Origin: the human T2T-CHM13v2.0 reference genome, Homo sapiens
Strand: one strand, 5' to 3'
Assembly (NCBI RefSeq): GCF_009914755.1
Contig: NC_060935.1
Length of the DNA stretch: 64,000 nucleotides
Both the position numbers and the translations under genes were made by a program. The notes under the pieces were generated by a model. It did no database searches and had not been told where the DNA came from. It saw nothing but the letters and a program-made list of their open reading frames with translations. Below, piece by piece: positions 27,327-45,788 of the stretch. Every line of letters starts with the position of its first letter. The stretch's first letter is position 1.

Positions 27327-27600
27327 GTGCACTGGGTGCATGCATTCATGGATGTAGAATAGTGTGCTTGCTTGTGCATAGTGAGGTAGGATGTGCATTG
27401 GGTGCATGCATTCATGCATGTAGAACAGTGTGCTTGCTTGTGCATAGTGGGCTATGATGTGCATTGGGTTCATGCATTAACGTGTATAGAAGAGTATGCA
27501 TGTTTGTGTGTTGTAGGCATGAGCGTGCACTGAATGCACACATTCACCCAAGGAATGTACATCAGGTGCGTAGAAGAGTGTGCTTGCTTGTGTGTAGTGG
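27327..27600 (+). repeat. Degenerate 66-bp minisatellite, about 4 units, TG/CA-rich
   Basis: Units start at 27327, 27393, 27459 and 27525 (gtgca(c/t)tgggtgcatgcattcatg...gtgtgcttgcttgtgcatagtg). Confidence 0.88.
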
Positions 27601-28064
27601 GATCAGAGATCTGAATAAACACACTGCTTGCAGTACAGGGACGGGTGCTTAATTGGATCTCTCTAAGAGTTTGGGATGAAGGGGGAAAGCTGAACCCCTC
27701 AGCTGGGACCTCACCCAGACCCTACCCAAAGCTGTGGGCTGGGGACATCAAAGTGGAAGTACTGCCTTTCTGTGCTCTTCCTGACTTCTCACCTCCTCCC
27801 TCCTAGCTCTCTGCTCCAGCCCCCTCACTTCACAGGTCTGCTTTGAACTCCACAGCTTGGGAACTCACCCAGGGCAACAGGGCCTTTTTCTCTCCTTCCC
27901 GAGAGGCAGCCACAGCTGTGTCCCTAACAGCTGGTGGTGTTATCTGAGGGAAAGGGGAAGGGAGGGCAGGGACACAGGAGGGATATAACTTGACTGCCCA
28001 GCCCACACTGAGGAATTTCACCTCTCCTTTCTCTAGCACACAACACCCCCAACCCCCACCCTAG

Positions 28065-28085
28065 GCACGCGCGCGTGCGCGCGCG

Positions 28086-28116
<31 letters not shown>

Positions 28117-28118
28117 GC
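28065..28118. repeat. (CG)n-(CA)n compound microsatellite; 54-bp alternating purine-pyrimidine tract
   Basis: gcacgcgcgcgtgcgcgcgcgcacgc(ac)n gc. Confidence 0.95.
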
Positions 28119-28315
28119 CCGACTTTAGCAGCTTATCTGACCAAAAACAAATGGTCAGCCGCTTTCTGATAATTAAAACAGAAACCCCCTCAGCAACTCT
28201 CTCCACCCCCAACCCCACCATTTGGTGCTATTTCAAACTCTAAGGCCATACTGCAAACTCCCAAAACTCCCTGGTCTCTGGGGACAGCAAGAAAACTCAC
28301 CCACTGGCCTGGTTC

Positions 28316-29247
<932 letters not shown>

Positions 29248-29515
29248 GATGAATGGCAAGATCACATGAGAATCCATTCTCCCCACTACAGCACCAAGCC
29301 CACTTTGACGGGCTATTTGTTAGACTGTGAGAATCAGGGGTCTGGAAGCCTTTCCTTATCTCCCACCCACCTCCTGTCACCCTTTTACCTACCATTACCC
29401 ACCCATCCCCCCATTACTTGGCACAGCGCCCCATACATAGTGCCCTCTAATATATGCACTGGAATTGTAGGACCCCCATTTCTATAACCTCTGGAGTAAT
29501 CAGAACTTTCTTAGG

Positions 29516-29808
29516 GGCTGGGCCTGGTGGCTCACCCCTGTAACCCAGCACTTTGGGAGGCCGAGGCAGGTGGATCACCTGAGATCAGGAGTTCGATACC
29601 AGCCTGGCTAACATGGTGAAACTCTGTCTCTACTAAAAATACAAAAAATTAGCTGGGCGTGGTGGTGGGCACCTGTAATCCCAGCTACTCAGGAGGCTAA
29701 GACAGGAGAATTTGCTACGAGCCAAGATCACAGCATTGCACTCCAGCCTGGGCAACAAGAGTAAAACTCTGTCTCAAAAAAAAAAGAAAAGAAAAGAAAA
29801 GAAAGAAA
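29516..29808 (+). mobile_element. AluS with an internal deletion and (GAAAA)n tail
   Basis: Alu consensus; TSD agaactttcttagg. Confidence 0.92.
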
Positions 29809-31265
29809 GAACTTTCTTAGGACAATCTGGATGGGGCACTGGGTTCCCATGACTTAGAACAGGAAAGATGCCTAAAATTTTATTAGCCCATTGATTCCCA
29901 CGCTGACATCAGAGACCCTTGATGATAGAAATGGGGAGAGAGGCAGTAGCTTGGGCCAGCATCAGCATTTCATGAAATCTTGTGGAAATGGCACATTCTT
30001 CTCACCCTATCATAAGACAACCCTCTTTAAATGTCAAGCACCAGCACCGCGAGCTTAGACTTTAATAAATTAGTGTGGGGACTCTGGTTACTCCATGCTG
30101 CTCATCATGCCTTTGATGAATAAAAACTGAGCAGATGAATTCATTACGATTTCATAAACAAGGTGGGTTAGATCAACAGACTCCTTCCTTAAAAAGGATT
30201 CACTGTGGGGAGAACAGGAAAGCAAGCGAGACAGTCTTTGATGCCGAAAGGTTGTGGCTGCGATCTGCTCCACACACTTGACCTTACCCATGGGGAAAGC
30301 GAGGGAGGGAGAGCCAAAGGGTTTTGTCCAGGTGTCCCTATGCCACCCTGTCTTCTCCTCCCACCCCCAAAGGTTAGGTGCAGAGGAAGTCTTTGTTTGG
30401 CTGAGAGGAGGGACTTGGGCAGGAGGCCGTGAAGACAGGAAGTACAGCAGAGGCAGGAAGGAGGTCAGGAAGAGGCTGACAGGACCAGGCCGGCTCACAC
30501 CCAGCCCTGCCAGCCTTCAGGAGAGCAACATGGTGTTTCTAAAAATATTTACAGTGAGTCTACATTAATGAGATATATATCAGCACTGACAATGGGAGGA
30601 TGCTGGGCCAGGCCCTCCAGGGTAGAAGACCAACGCAATTAGCCCAGAGGCTGCACAAAGGCAAGGCCAGCCTTGTGGGAAGGCCTTGTGGGAAGTCTTG
30701 GGGAAGGCCAGCCTTGCACAGCTAAAGGAAGAAATCAAGCCTTCCACCCTGGGGCCCAAACAGGCAATGGAGACCACAGTGCCCCAGAAACCTCCCCCGG
30801 GGAACAGAAAACATCCCAGATTCCTGGACCTGCAACGAGCATCTTCAACCTGCATCCCTGACCCCAATTCAGTGCAGAAATCTCCTCTACCACACCCACT
30901 CTGAGGACCATCCAGGGGTCTCTTGAATACCCCTGTTGACCAGACACTCAATCCTGCCTCCAGCAGCCCATTCCCATTCCAGTCTTGGCATCCCTACCCA
31001 TTCAACCTTCAGGAGAGGAGAGTGGTTCAGAACATAGAGGCTGGAGTCAGGTAGCCACTTACAAGTCACTTTGCCATGGAGCACCAAGGAGTGTGATCAT
31101 TTCAAGTCTTGGTTTTCTCATCTGTAAAATGGGAGTCATTAGAATATCTACTGCCCCAGGGCTGGTATAAGGTTTCAGCAAGGTAAAGGAGACAGCATGC
31201 AAAGAATGCCATGTGGACAGAAAGACGCAGGCTAAGGTGCAAAGATGCAAAAGGAAGAATTTAAG

Positions 31266-31575
31266 GCTGGGTGTGGTGGCTCACGCCTGTAATCCCAGCA
31301 TTTGGGAGGCCAAGGTGGGCAGATCACAAGGTCAGGAGTTCAAGACTAGCCTGGCCAAGATGGTGAAACCCCACCTCTACTAAAAATACAAAAATTAGAT
31401 GGGTGTGGTGGCGGGTGCCTGTAATCCCAGCTACTTTGGAGGCTGAGGCAGAGAATTGCTTAAACCTGGGAGGCAGAGGTTGCAGTGAGCCGAGATCGCA
31501 CCACTTCAACCAGCCTGTGCAACAAAGTGAGACTCCATCTCAAAAAAAAAAGAAGAAGAAAAGAAAAGAAAGAAA
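31266..31575 (+). mobile_element. AluS
   Basis: Full Alu; TSD aagaatttaa. Confidence 0.95.
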
Positions 31576-31654
31576 GAATTTAAAATGTCCTAGGACTAAA
31601 GTGACATAAGGCTAAGAAAATTAGCAAATGCCATTTTGCTGCTGAAGAGCTAAC

Positions 31655-32300
<646 letters not shown>

Positions 32301-32477
32301 GAAGGATCATATCTAAGCCTTAGGATGCTCACTCTGGAGGCATCTTTGAGGATGGGTTAGAATGGGTTAGGCTCGTTAGGAAACAGGTGCAGTTTTTCAG
32401 ACCAAAGGCCCATATTAAGGAGAAGACTCCAATTCCAATTTTCCAACTACAGGTAGTTTGTCACCAACAAACAAAAA

Positions 32478-33979
32478 ATAATAATAATAATAGTAATGGC
32501 TCTTACTTATTAAGTGCTTACTCCATGTCAGCAGGCACTGTTCTAGTGAAGGACCATGATTTTAAAAAGTGAACTCTGAAAGCAAAAATGCCTGGTTTTA
32601 AATCCTGGTTCTGCTAGTATACGAAGCCTCAGTTTCATCAACCTTAAAATAGGGGTAACCGTATATAGCATTGTCAGAACTACGAGATACTAGGCTTAGA
32701 TACCAGACTTAGGTAGTCATCTCTTACTATTACTCCCGTAGTAACAGGTAGTGTATTGCATCCTAATAGGTAAAGTTTATTACCAGGCACTGTATAAGCA
32801 CACTCAAATGCTTTTTCCCAATGTAAGTTTTAATGCCATCTTTTACATTATGATCCCCATCTTACAGATTGGTAAACTGAGGTTCACAGAGTTACTTCAC
32901 TGTCTCAGGACCATGTGGCTTCTGAGTAAGACAGAGAGGATTTGAACCCTTGGCTTTGACTCTAGAAGCCTGAGAGCTCTACAGCCAGGATGTGTTTTCC
33001 CAGCACAAGGCCATGCTTCTGCATTCAGATATGACCTGCTGTTGCTTCATTGGAGGGAGGGAGGAGATTTCTCAGCAGAGAAATCTCATAGATGGATCCC
33101 GCTGTCTCCGCCTGTCTGAAGGATGATGAGATTGAGTGGAGAAAAATTCACGTAGGCTCACAGCTATGATGATAAAAAGATAATTTGTAAAACCAGCATG
33201 TTTGTAATTACTCATTGACCCATAGACATAAAGATCAAGCTATGAATAACTCCACAATAGCAGCAATAACAATACTAGTGAATAATACTAGTAACTATTT
33301 ACAATAGCAAAGACTTGGAACCAACCCAAATGCCCATCAATGATAGACTGGATAAAGAAAATGTGGCACATACACACCATGGAATACTATGCAGCCATAA
33401 AAAAGAATGAGTTCATGTCCTTTGCAGGGACATGAATGAAGCTGGAAACCATCATTCTCAGCAAACTAACACAGGAAAAGAAAACCAAACACAGCATGTT
33501 CTCACTCATAAGTGGGAGTTGAACAATGAGGACACATGGACAGAGGGAGGGGAACATCACACACTGGGGCCTGGTTGGGGGTGGAGGGCAAGGGGTGGGA
33601 GAGCATTAGGACAAATACCTAATGTATGCAGAGCTTAAAACCTTGATGATGGGTTGATAGGTGCAGCAAACCACCATGTCACATGTATACCTATGTAACA
33701 AACCGGCATGTTCTTCACATGTATCCCAGAACTTAAAACAAAATTATTAATAATAATAATAATGGCTCTTATTTATTAAGTGCTTACTCCATGTCAGCAG
33801 GCACTGTTCTAGTGAAGGACCATGATTTAAAAAGTAAACCCTGGAAGCAAAAATAGCTGGTTTCAAATACTAGTTCTGCTAGTATATGAAGCATCTGTTT
33901 CATCAACTATAAAATAGGAGTAACCGTATACAGCATTGTCAGAATTCTGAGATAATAGGCTTAGATACCAGACTTAGGT
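32478..33979 (+). repeat. About 235-bp direct duplication (32478-32714 and 33749-33979)
   Basis: Manual alignment about 90% identical (about 21 differences in about 220 bp). Confidence 0.93.
33294..33745 (+). mobile_element. L1PA 3' end (about 450 bp)
   Basis: acaatagcaaagacttggaaccaacccaaatgcccatcaatgatagactggataaagaaaatgtggcacat...tatcccagaacttaaa. Confidence 0.95.
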
Positions 33980-35356
33980 CCATGCCTGGCACAGGGCGAA
34001 TGCTCAGTTAATATTTTCTGTTACAATCATCTCATTTAATCCCCACAATAACCCAATGGGTAGAGAGGATCAATAGTGATAAATGGGAATGATAATATTC
34101 CCAGTTTACAGATGCAGAAACTGAGATGCGAAACAATAAGAAACTTGTCTAAGCCCCTCCATTTCTCAGTATTGGAGATGGGATTCAGACCTAGGAGGGC
34201 TGGTTTGAGGATCTACAGTCTTAGCTACCATGGTAGACAGTTCTTAATCTTAAACAGTTTGTAAAGTCATATTTTTTTCTTATTCTTCTTCTTTAATGAT
34301 ACTTTCCATCTTAGTTCCTTGAAGTGTGGAACGTGCCTGCCCTGCCTGCCCGAGGCTTTGACAGAAGCCAGTGGGATAGTCAACAGCTTTGTGTGAGCAC
34401 AGAGAGAGGTAGCTGCCCCAGATGCTGCGGGGCTCTGCTGATGAATGACCCATCAGTCCCACGGGTCCCACAGGTATCCAGCGGCAATCTACCCTTGCCA
34501 AGAAGGCACAACACTAGTGCTACAGCATCTCCCACTCTTAGGACTGCTCGGGCCCTAAGGATGGTTGGGGAGGTGGAAAGAAGAACTGGACATGGGTGAG
34601 CCAGCTCAAGCACAGAGCTGCCTCCTGAGCCTGGCTGTTTGGCTGCTGTGCCTCTGATGGCTCGGTGATGCTGACCTCTGGTGGAGATGAGCTGCTACTC
34701 AGCTTTGACCTCCCCCTGAGCACCAGGAGTCCCAGCACTGGCTTCCAGCCCCGCCACCGGGATGCAGACCCAGCAGCCTGAGACCCCAGAGGGTGCACCT
34801 AAGCCCAACCTCTCTCCTTATTCCAGGGCCCTGTGGTATCTGGAATTGTCTACCCTGGAACCTTATGGCTCAGGGGCTAGAAGAACCCTTAGCAAAAGGA
34901 ACTTACCCAGCTGATGATTCTGACGCTGAACAGGCGCTAGAACCCAGCACAGGTCCCAGTCTCTTGGAGAATTAAGGCCTCGGCCTCTCCACCTAGTTCA
35001 GTGTTTTGAGCTACACGTTCTCTTCTGACATGTGGTTACACCGCACTGTAATAATACATGTTATGACACTGATATAGAAAAAGAAATGTTCTTGTTTAAT
35101 TATTTTCTGTTTGGGTGGTGCAGAAGTAAAACCAAGAGACGTTGAATCATCCTCAGTATTATTCATCACTCTTCCTCAAGCATGTCACTCTGTAAAGACA
35201 ACATATGAAAGGGAAAATGTTACCCTGTTTTATTAAGGAAAATTATGGACTAGAAAAAGACTGCTTTTTTTTTTTTTTTTTTTTTTTAATAAGCTGACAT
35301 TGATAGAGAAAAGTTGAGCCAAATCTCTGGAGGCAGGAATCTCATTGCTGAGCACC

Positions 35357-35375
35357 CAGCGCCACCTTGTGGCTT
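35357..35375 (-). promoter_or_regulatory. Strong CTCF motif
   Basis: Minus strand AAGCCACAAGGTGGCGCTG against consensus TGGCCACCAGG(G/T)GGCGCTA; a possible upstream module (aggacagcg) lies 5 bp away. Confidence 0.65.
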
Positions 35376-35869
35376 CTCGCAGGACAGCGATTCCAGCTTC
35401 CACTCATTTCTCTACCCACCACTAAAAACATTTATTGAGCATTTCTTATGTTCCCTTTCACCTGTTTCTCTGCTGAGCCTCTTATCTGAATCTTTTATCT
35501 CAATGAACTTTGCACTGAAATCTCTTTCGATACACTCACTAATTTTAGCATGGGAAAAAGGGTGGCTACACAGTTGAGTTGGCCCACATAAGAAGGTGTC
35601 TATGGAGATATTCTTTATCCATGAGCCCTCCCAGTTATTCCAATGTCAGCCCTGGGACCCTGAAGGTCACTCACAGATTTAATTAGACAAATCTCTTAAA
35701 ATATGTGTGTATATTTTCCTTTCCCTCTTTCTCTTTCTGGAAATACGTTTTCCTGTTTCTCAGGCAGCAGCCACTCTGTTAAGACAGGGGAACTTCAGCA
35801 CAGACAGGTTGCGGGGGACACAGCTAATTAGTGACTGAGCCAGAGCTGGGGCTTCAGGGCTTTGTGACT

Positions 35870-37150
35870 CACTCAAAAAATGTCCACTAAGTCCTTCCTC
35901 TGTAGGGGGCCCTATGCTAAGCTCAATGGTAAATCAAAACCCCACCCAGGATTCTGCCCTCGAAAGATAGAGCCTTGTCAGGGACAGAGGCATCTACTAA
36001 AGAATGATGTAAAAAAGTAAAGCTGTAACTGTGCAAAGTATTACAAGGAAAGCTATGTCCACAGACAGGATTTTTAGAGTCTGACTTTTAGAGACTTCAA
36101 AGGACTGAAAATATCATGGCCCCCTCCATAATCTATTTTAAATGAAAACAAACAATTTAAAGATAGGTGTAAAGAAATCCCCAAAAGCCTTATTTTTCCC
36201 ATAATGACATCTTTGAAAGTATTTTATGCTAAAAGGAATCAAATAGCATGTTATGAAAAATTGGGAGTGACCCTGTTTCTCTAATGCCTGAAAGAGATGT
36301 TTAGCCAGCCTGTTGGGGAATCCAAGAGTGGATACATATATAATAGGAGTTTGACCTAGTCAGGAAAATTTGGAAAGACTTTCCTAAGAAAATGGTAACA
36401 GTACTGAGAGCTACAGGATAAGAAGCAGAGAGGTGAAAACCATGACGAACAATTACAGCAAGCACTGGGCAGATCGTGTACTTCCTGCAGAAGCTGGGAG
36501 CTTGAGACAGCAGAGGCTGAAAGAAGGTGGGAGAGGCTGGAACAGAGGACAATGAGGACTGTGTTGTAAGAGAAGACAAGGAGCCAGACCACACTGGGCT
36601 TTGTGGGACACCTTGAGGAGTTTTGCATTTATCCTCCAAGCAATGGAAAGCTGTCGAAGGGTTTTAATTGGCAGGGCATGGTGACATGATCCAGTTGGTG
36701 TTACAGAAAAGCCACACTGGCTGTATGCCGAAAGTGGATTGGCAAGAGGACAAGCACCTTAGCCTACTGTCCTAGTTTGTTTTGTGTTGCTATAACAGAA
36801 TGGCATGGACTGGGTATTTTATATCAATAGAAATGTATTGGTTCATGGTTCTGGAGACTGGGAAGTCCAGTGTCAAAGTGGTAGCATCTGGCCAGGGACT
36901 CCTTGCTGTGTCATCCCATAGCAGAAGGTGGAAGGGCAAGAGAACACAAGAGAGCAAGAGAAAGAGCAAGAGGACAAGAGTCCAATAAGGAGACATTAAT
37001 CCCCAGGAGAGATGATAGGAGCCTGGATTAAGAGTGTGGTAGATAAAATGGAGAGAAGTAAGTACACTTGAGCAATATGTTGGATTGGGTATGGGTGTAA
37101 GGAAAAGGGAGCTTTTGGGACGTCTCAGGTTTCTCACTTGCTGGAACTAA
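35870..37150 (-). mobile_element. L2 remnant; probable continuations at about 38530-38790, 39380-39470, 39900-40045 and 44780-45100, split by nested insertions
   Basis: Antisense L2 motifs (gagttttgcatttatcctccaagcaatggaaagc; tgagatgctgctgacagatcaaataagatgag). Confidence 0.7.
36756..36963 (-). repeat. 208-bp inverted copy of 37933-38140 (MST 3' part plus its flank)
   Basis: 16 mismatches in 208 bp; flanked by the 13-bp direct repeat gcaagaggacaag. Confidence 0.92.
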
Positions 37151-37689
37151 GTGAACATGGTGTGGCTGAACTGGTGAGCAAGCCCCAGTATCTACTTTCT
37201 CCTTTTTCCTTTAGTGATTGCACCGGAGTCTTCTTACATGCCAACTTCCGATCTTCTCAGGCTCACTTACCTTTTTTATCAGCTCTGGGAGGGTTCTGAT
37301 GAACCCAAAGCAGGCACAGTCTGATAGCTCCCTCCCCTCTGGTCCCTGCTATGCCTTTCTCACCTCCCACATGGGCTTTTGCTGATTTCACTGGACTTGG
37401 CACGGTGCCCATGTTTTGCATGGAAACTCAGAAAAGCAAAAGAGTCGGCACTCCACTGAAAAATGTTTTGACCAATGAGAAGAGCTACTGGAGATATTCT
37501 TCCTGCATTCTCTCCCAGAGGTCTGGTCCTCAGGAACAGTTGATACAACTTCTTGGTGTCTTGTTTCTATAGACTGGTCAATTAACATGTACCCTCATAT
37601 TAGTTGTCTCTCTTTTCTTCTTCACTCTCCTTGTTAGTTACTCCGATTTGTAAACTTTCAGCTCCAGACTCGCTTTCCAGGAAACACAG

Positions 37690-38128
37690 TGGTATGGTTT
37701 AAATGTGTCCCGCAAAATTTATGTGTTGGAAACTTAATGCCCGATGCTACAGTGTTGAGAAGTGGGAACTTTAAGAAGTGATTAGGTCATTAGGGCTCAT
37801 GAATTGATTAATGGATGGATTAATACCGTTGGATAGACCAATGCTAATAAATGGATTAATTCCATGACCTCAAAGTGGGTTAGTCATCATGGCAGTGGGT
37901 TTCCAATAAAAGAGTAAGTTCAGCCCCCTTTGTTTCTCTTGCTCTCTTGTGTTCTCTTGCCCTTCCACCTTCTGCCATGGGATGACACAGTAAGATGTCC
38001 CTGGCCAGTTGCTACCACTTTGCCACTGGACTTCCCAGTCTCCATAGCCATGAGCCAATAAATTTCTATTCGTGTAAAATACCCAGTCCATGCCATTCTG
38101 TTATAACAACACAAAACAAACTAGGACA
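37690..38128 (+). mobile_element. MaLR MST (MSTC/MSTD-like) solo LTR
   Basis: tggtatggtttaaatgtgtccc...ccaataaatttct...acacaaaacaaactaggaca. Confidence 0.88.
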
Positions 38129-38789
38129 CTAGACTAAGGTAGTAACATAATATCCAAGTTTTAGCTGGGAACACACTACCCAGCTATAGACTAGATGTTC
38201 CACCTCCCCTTACAACTACCTGAAGCCTTATCAAAGTGATATGAACAAAGTAATGTGTGCTTCTTCTGGGTCACATTCTTTAAAAAAGGAAATTGCTTAC
38301 TCTTTATATCCTTTGTTTCTCCTTTCTTATATGGTGGAACATGGATGTGGGATAGCAAGCCAGCTTTGACCATGCAGATGAAGACAACATCCAAAGGGAA
38401 GCAGGGCAACAGAGCAACAAGACACTGTGTGCAGGAGAGCTGAGCCACCTGTCTACCTCTGGCTTATTAATAGAAAGAAAAATGACTATTTTTAAAGCCC
38501 TGTCTCTCTGCCTCATATCTTAACTTGTACCATAACTCACACTTAGGGAACAGTGGAACAAGACCAGGCTTGAATGCAGTTTGGGGCATGTTGCATTTGA
38601 GAAGGTTTTGAGAAATGTAAGTGAAATATCAATTGATCAGTTAGGCACAAGTCCAGATATCAGAGGAGAGGTCTGGACTGAAAATGCAAGTTTGTGAATA
38701 GTCTCCCTTTCACGTGTGGTTGGTAATTAAAGTCTCTGTGTGTGTGAGATGGTCTAAGGAGAAGGAAGAGAGTGAGAAGAGAAGGATGC

Positions 38790-39380
38790 CTGTGGTAGGC
38801 AGCTTCTAAGGTGACCCCAATTATCTGCACCTCCTGGTATTTTTGTCCATTTGCAATCCTCTCCACTGGAATGTGGGCTGAACCTAGCGACTCATTTCAA
38901 AAATATATAATATGGCAAAAGTAATGGGATGTCACATCCAAGACTAGATGACAAAAACACTGGCTTCCATCTTGAATGCCCCCTCTCAGTCACTTTTTTT
39001 GAGAGAAGTCAACTTCATATTGTTAGCTGCCCTGGGGACAGATCTATGTAGCAAGGGCCTGAGGAAGGCTTCCACCCAACAGCCAGTGAGGGATTGAGGC
39101 CCTTAGTCCAACATCTTGTAAAGAAAGGAATTCTGCCAACTACCTGTGAAAGAGCTTGGAAGCAGATTCTACAATCCCTCTCAAGCTTTCAGATGACTGA
39201 GCCCCAGCTAACACCTTGCAACACCTTGACTGCAGCTGTATGAGACTCTAAGTCGGAAACATCTAGCTAAGCCACAGCCAGGCTCCTGACCCAGAGAAAC
39301 TGCAAGATAAAAAGTGCCTGTTGTTCTAAGCTACTAAGTTTGAGGAGGATGTGCTTCTTGGCAATTAATAACTAAGACAG
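38790..39380 (+). mobile_element. MLT1 (MLT1F/G-like) solo LTR
   Basis: tgtggtaggcagcttctaaggtgacccc...agctactaagtttgagg...aataactaagaca. Confidence 0.8.
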
Positions 39381-39480
39381 AGCCCATGCAAGAGCCCGGA
39401 GGACCCTGTCGTTTAGTAGCTGGTAGAAGAGAATGAGCCTAGAACCTTTATACATCAGGGCAATCCAGGTGAGTGCCAAA

Positions 39481-39901
39481 TGTCTTTATCAATTTTGTGC
39501 TGCTATAAAGGAATGCCTGAGGCTGAATACTTTATAAAGAAAAAGGGGTTATTTGACTCATCATTTAATGGCTGGAATGTTTAAGATTTGGCCTCTGCAT
39601 CTGGTGAGGGTCTCAGGCTTCTTCCACTCATGGCAGAAGGTGAAGGGGAGCCAGCTTGTGCAGAGATCACTTGGCAACAGAGGAAGCAAAAGAGAAAGGG
39701 GTGGGATACCAGGCTCTTTTTAGCAACCAGCTCTTACGGGAATTAATTGACTGAGAAGCCACTCGCCTCTGAGAAAGGGCATTAATGTATTCATGAGAAA
39801 TCTTCCCTCATGAAAAAAACACATCCATTGGGCCCCAACTCCAACATGGAGATCAAACTTCAACATGAGTGTCGGAGGGGACAAACATCCAAATCATAGC
39901 A
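39481..39901 (-). mobile_element. MSTB-like solo LTR
   Basis: Reverse complement of tgctatgatttggatgtttgtcccctcc...; TSD-like ccaaa / ccaag. Confidence 0.85.
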
Positions 39902-40044
39902 CCAAGTCATAGAATCCAAGAGAATAGGACTGGTCAATAAGGAGGGAATAGTCAAGAGTGTTGAGATGCTGCTGACAGATCAAATAAGATGAGAGAAGAA
40001 TACTTGATGGACATTGAGATGCAGAAGTCACTGGTGACCTTAGG

Positions 40045-44791
<4,747 letters not shown>

Positions 44792-45464
44792 TTAACAATT
44801 AGGTGAAAGCAAAAAGAGATAATGATAGCTACCCAGGGGAGGAATTCAAGGACACGTGGAAGGGCTAGCCTTAGGCAGGAGGACAGAAACCTCCTACCCA
44901 GGGCACTGGGATGAATGCAGGTGTTATAGGTTTGAAGATTTGGATTTGAGAGTATGACTGTTCTCATCTGATGGCTGAACAGGTAGACAGAGGGTAGCAG
45001 CCTTGAAGTTTGAAGAGAATGAAGAAGAAATGAAATAGTTGTGGAGGTGAGATGGTGGTCGCTGGGAGTCCTGCAGTACTGATGTTGCCTCACACTCCTG
45101 CCCACTGGCGCCCTCTTCCCACTTCTCCCTTTGGCCCTCCATGCAATTCATAAAGGGCTTCTCAAACAAAAGTGCTCATTGGGGGTCGGAGTGAGGGAAA
45201 TGGTTGCCAGGACAATGAGAAATTGATAACCTTATTCAGATCTGGAGAACAATGACAGAGAGAAAGTGCAAAAGAGGAGGAAGTCAAAATGGAAGGGGAG
45301 AGGAGAGGGAACCTCCAGCTCCACCCTGGACTTTTCTAAATCTTTCAGCAGGGCCATCTCAGGAGCACGCACCATGTGCCATTGCACAGAACTCCATGGC
45401 GGAAGTGGCTCCCTGTGGTTTCACGTTCTGCTTTCACTGCCTTGAAATTCTTAACAAGTTGAGT

Positions 45465-45788
<324 letters not shown>

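Noticed and set aside
26885-27473. ORFs with repeated His/Cys/Met motifs
   Set aside because: Translation of the 66-bp minisatellite; spacing does not match zinc fingers.
27327-27600. CRISPR-like array
   Set aside because: Whole units are homologous with no unique spacers; mammalian context and no cas genes.
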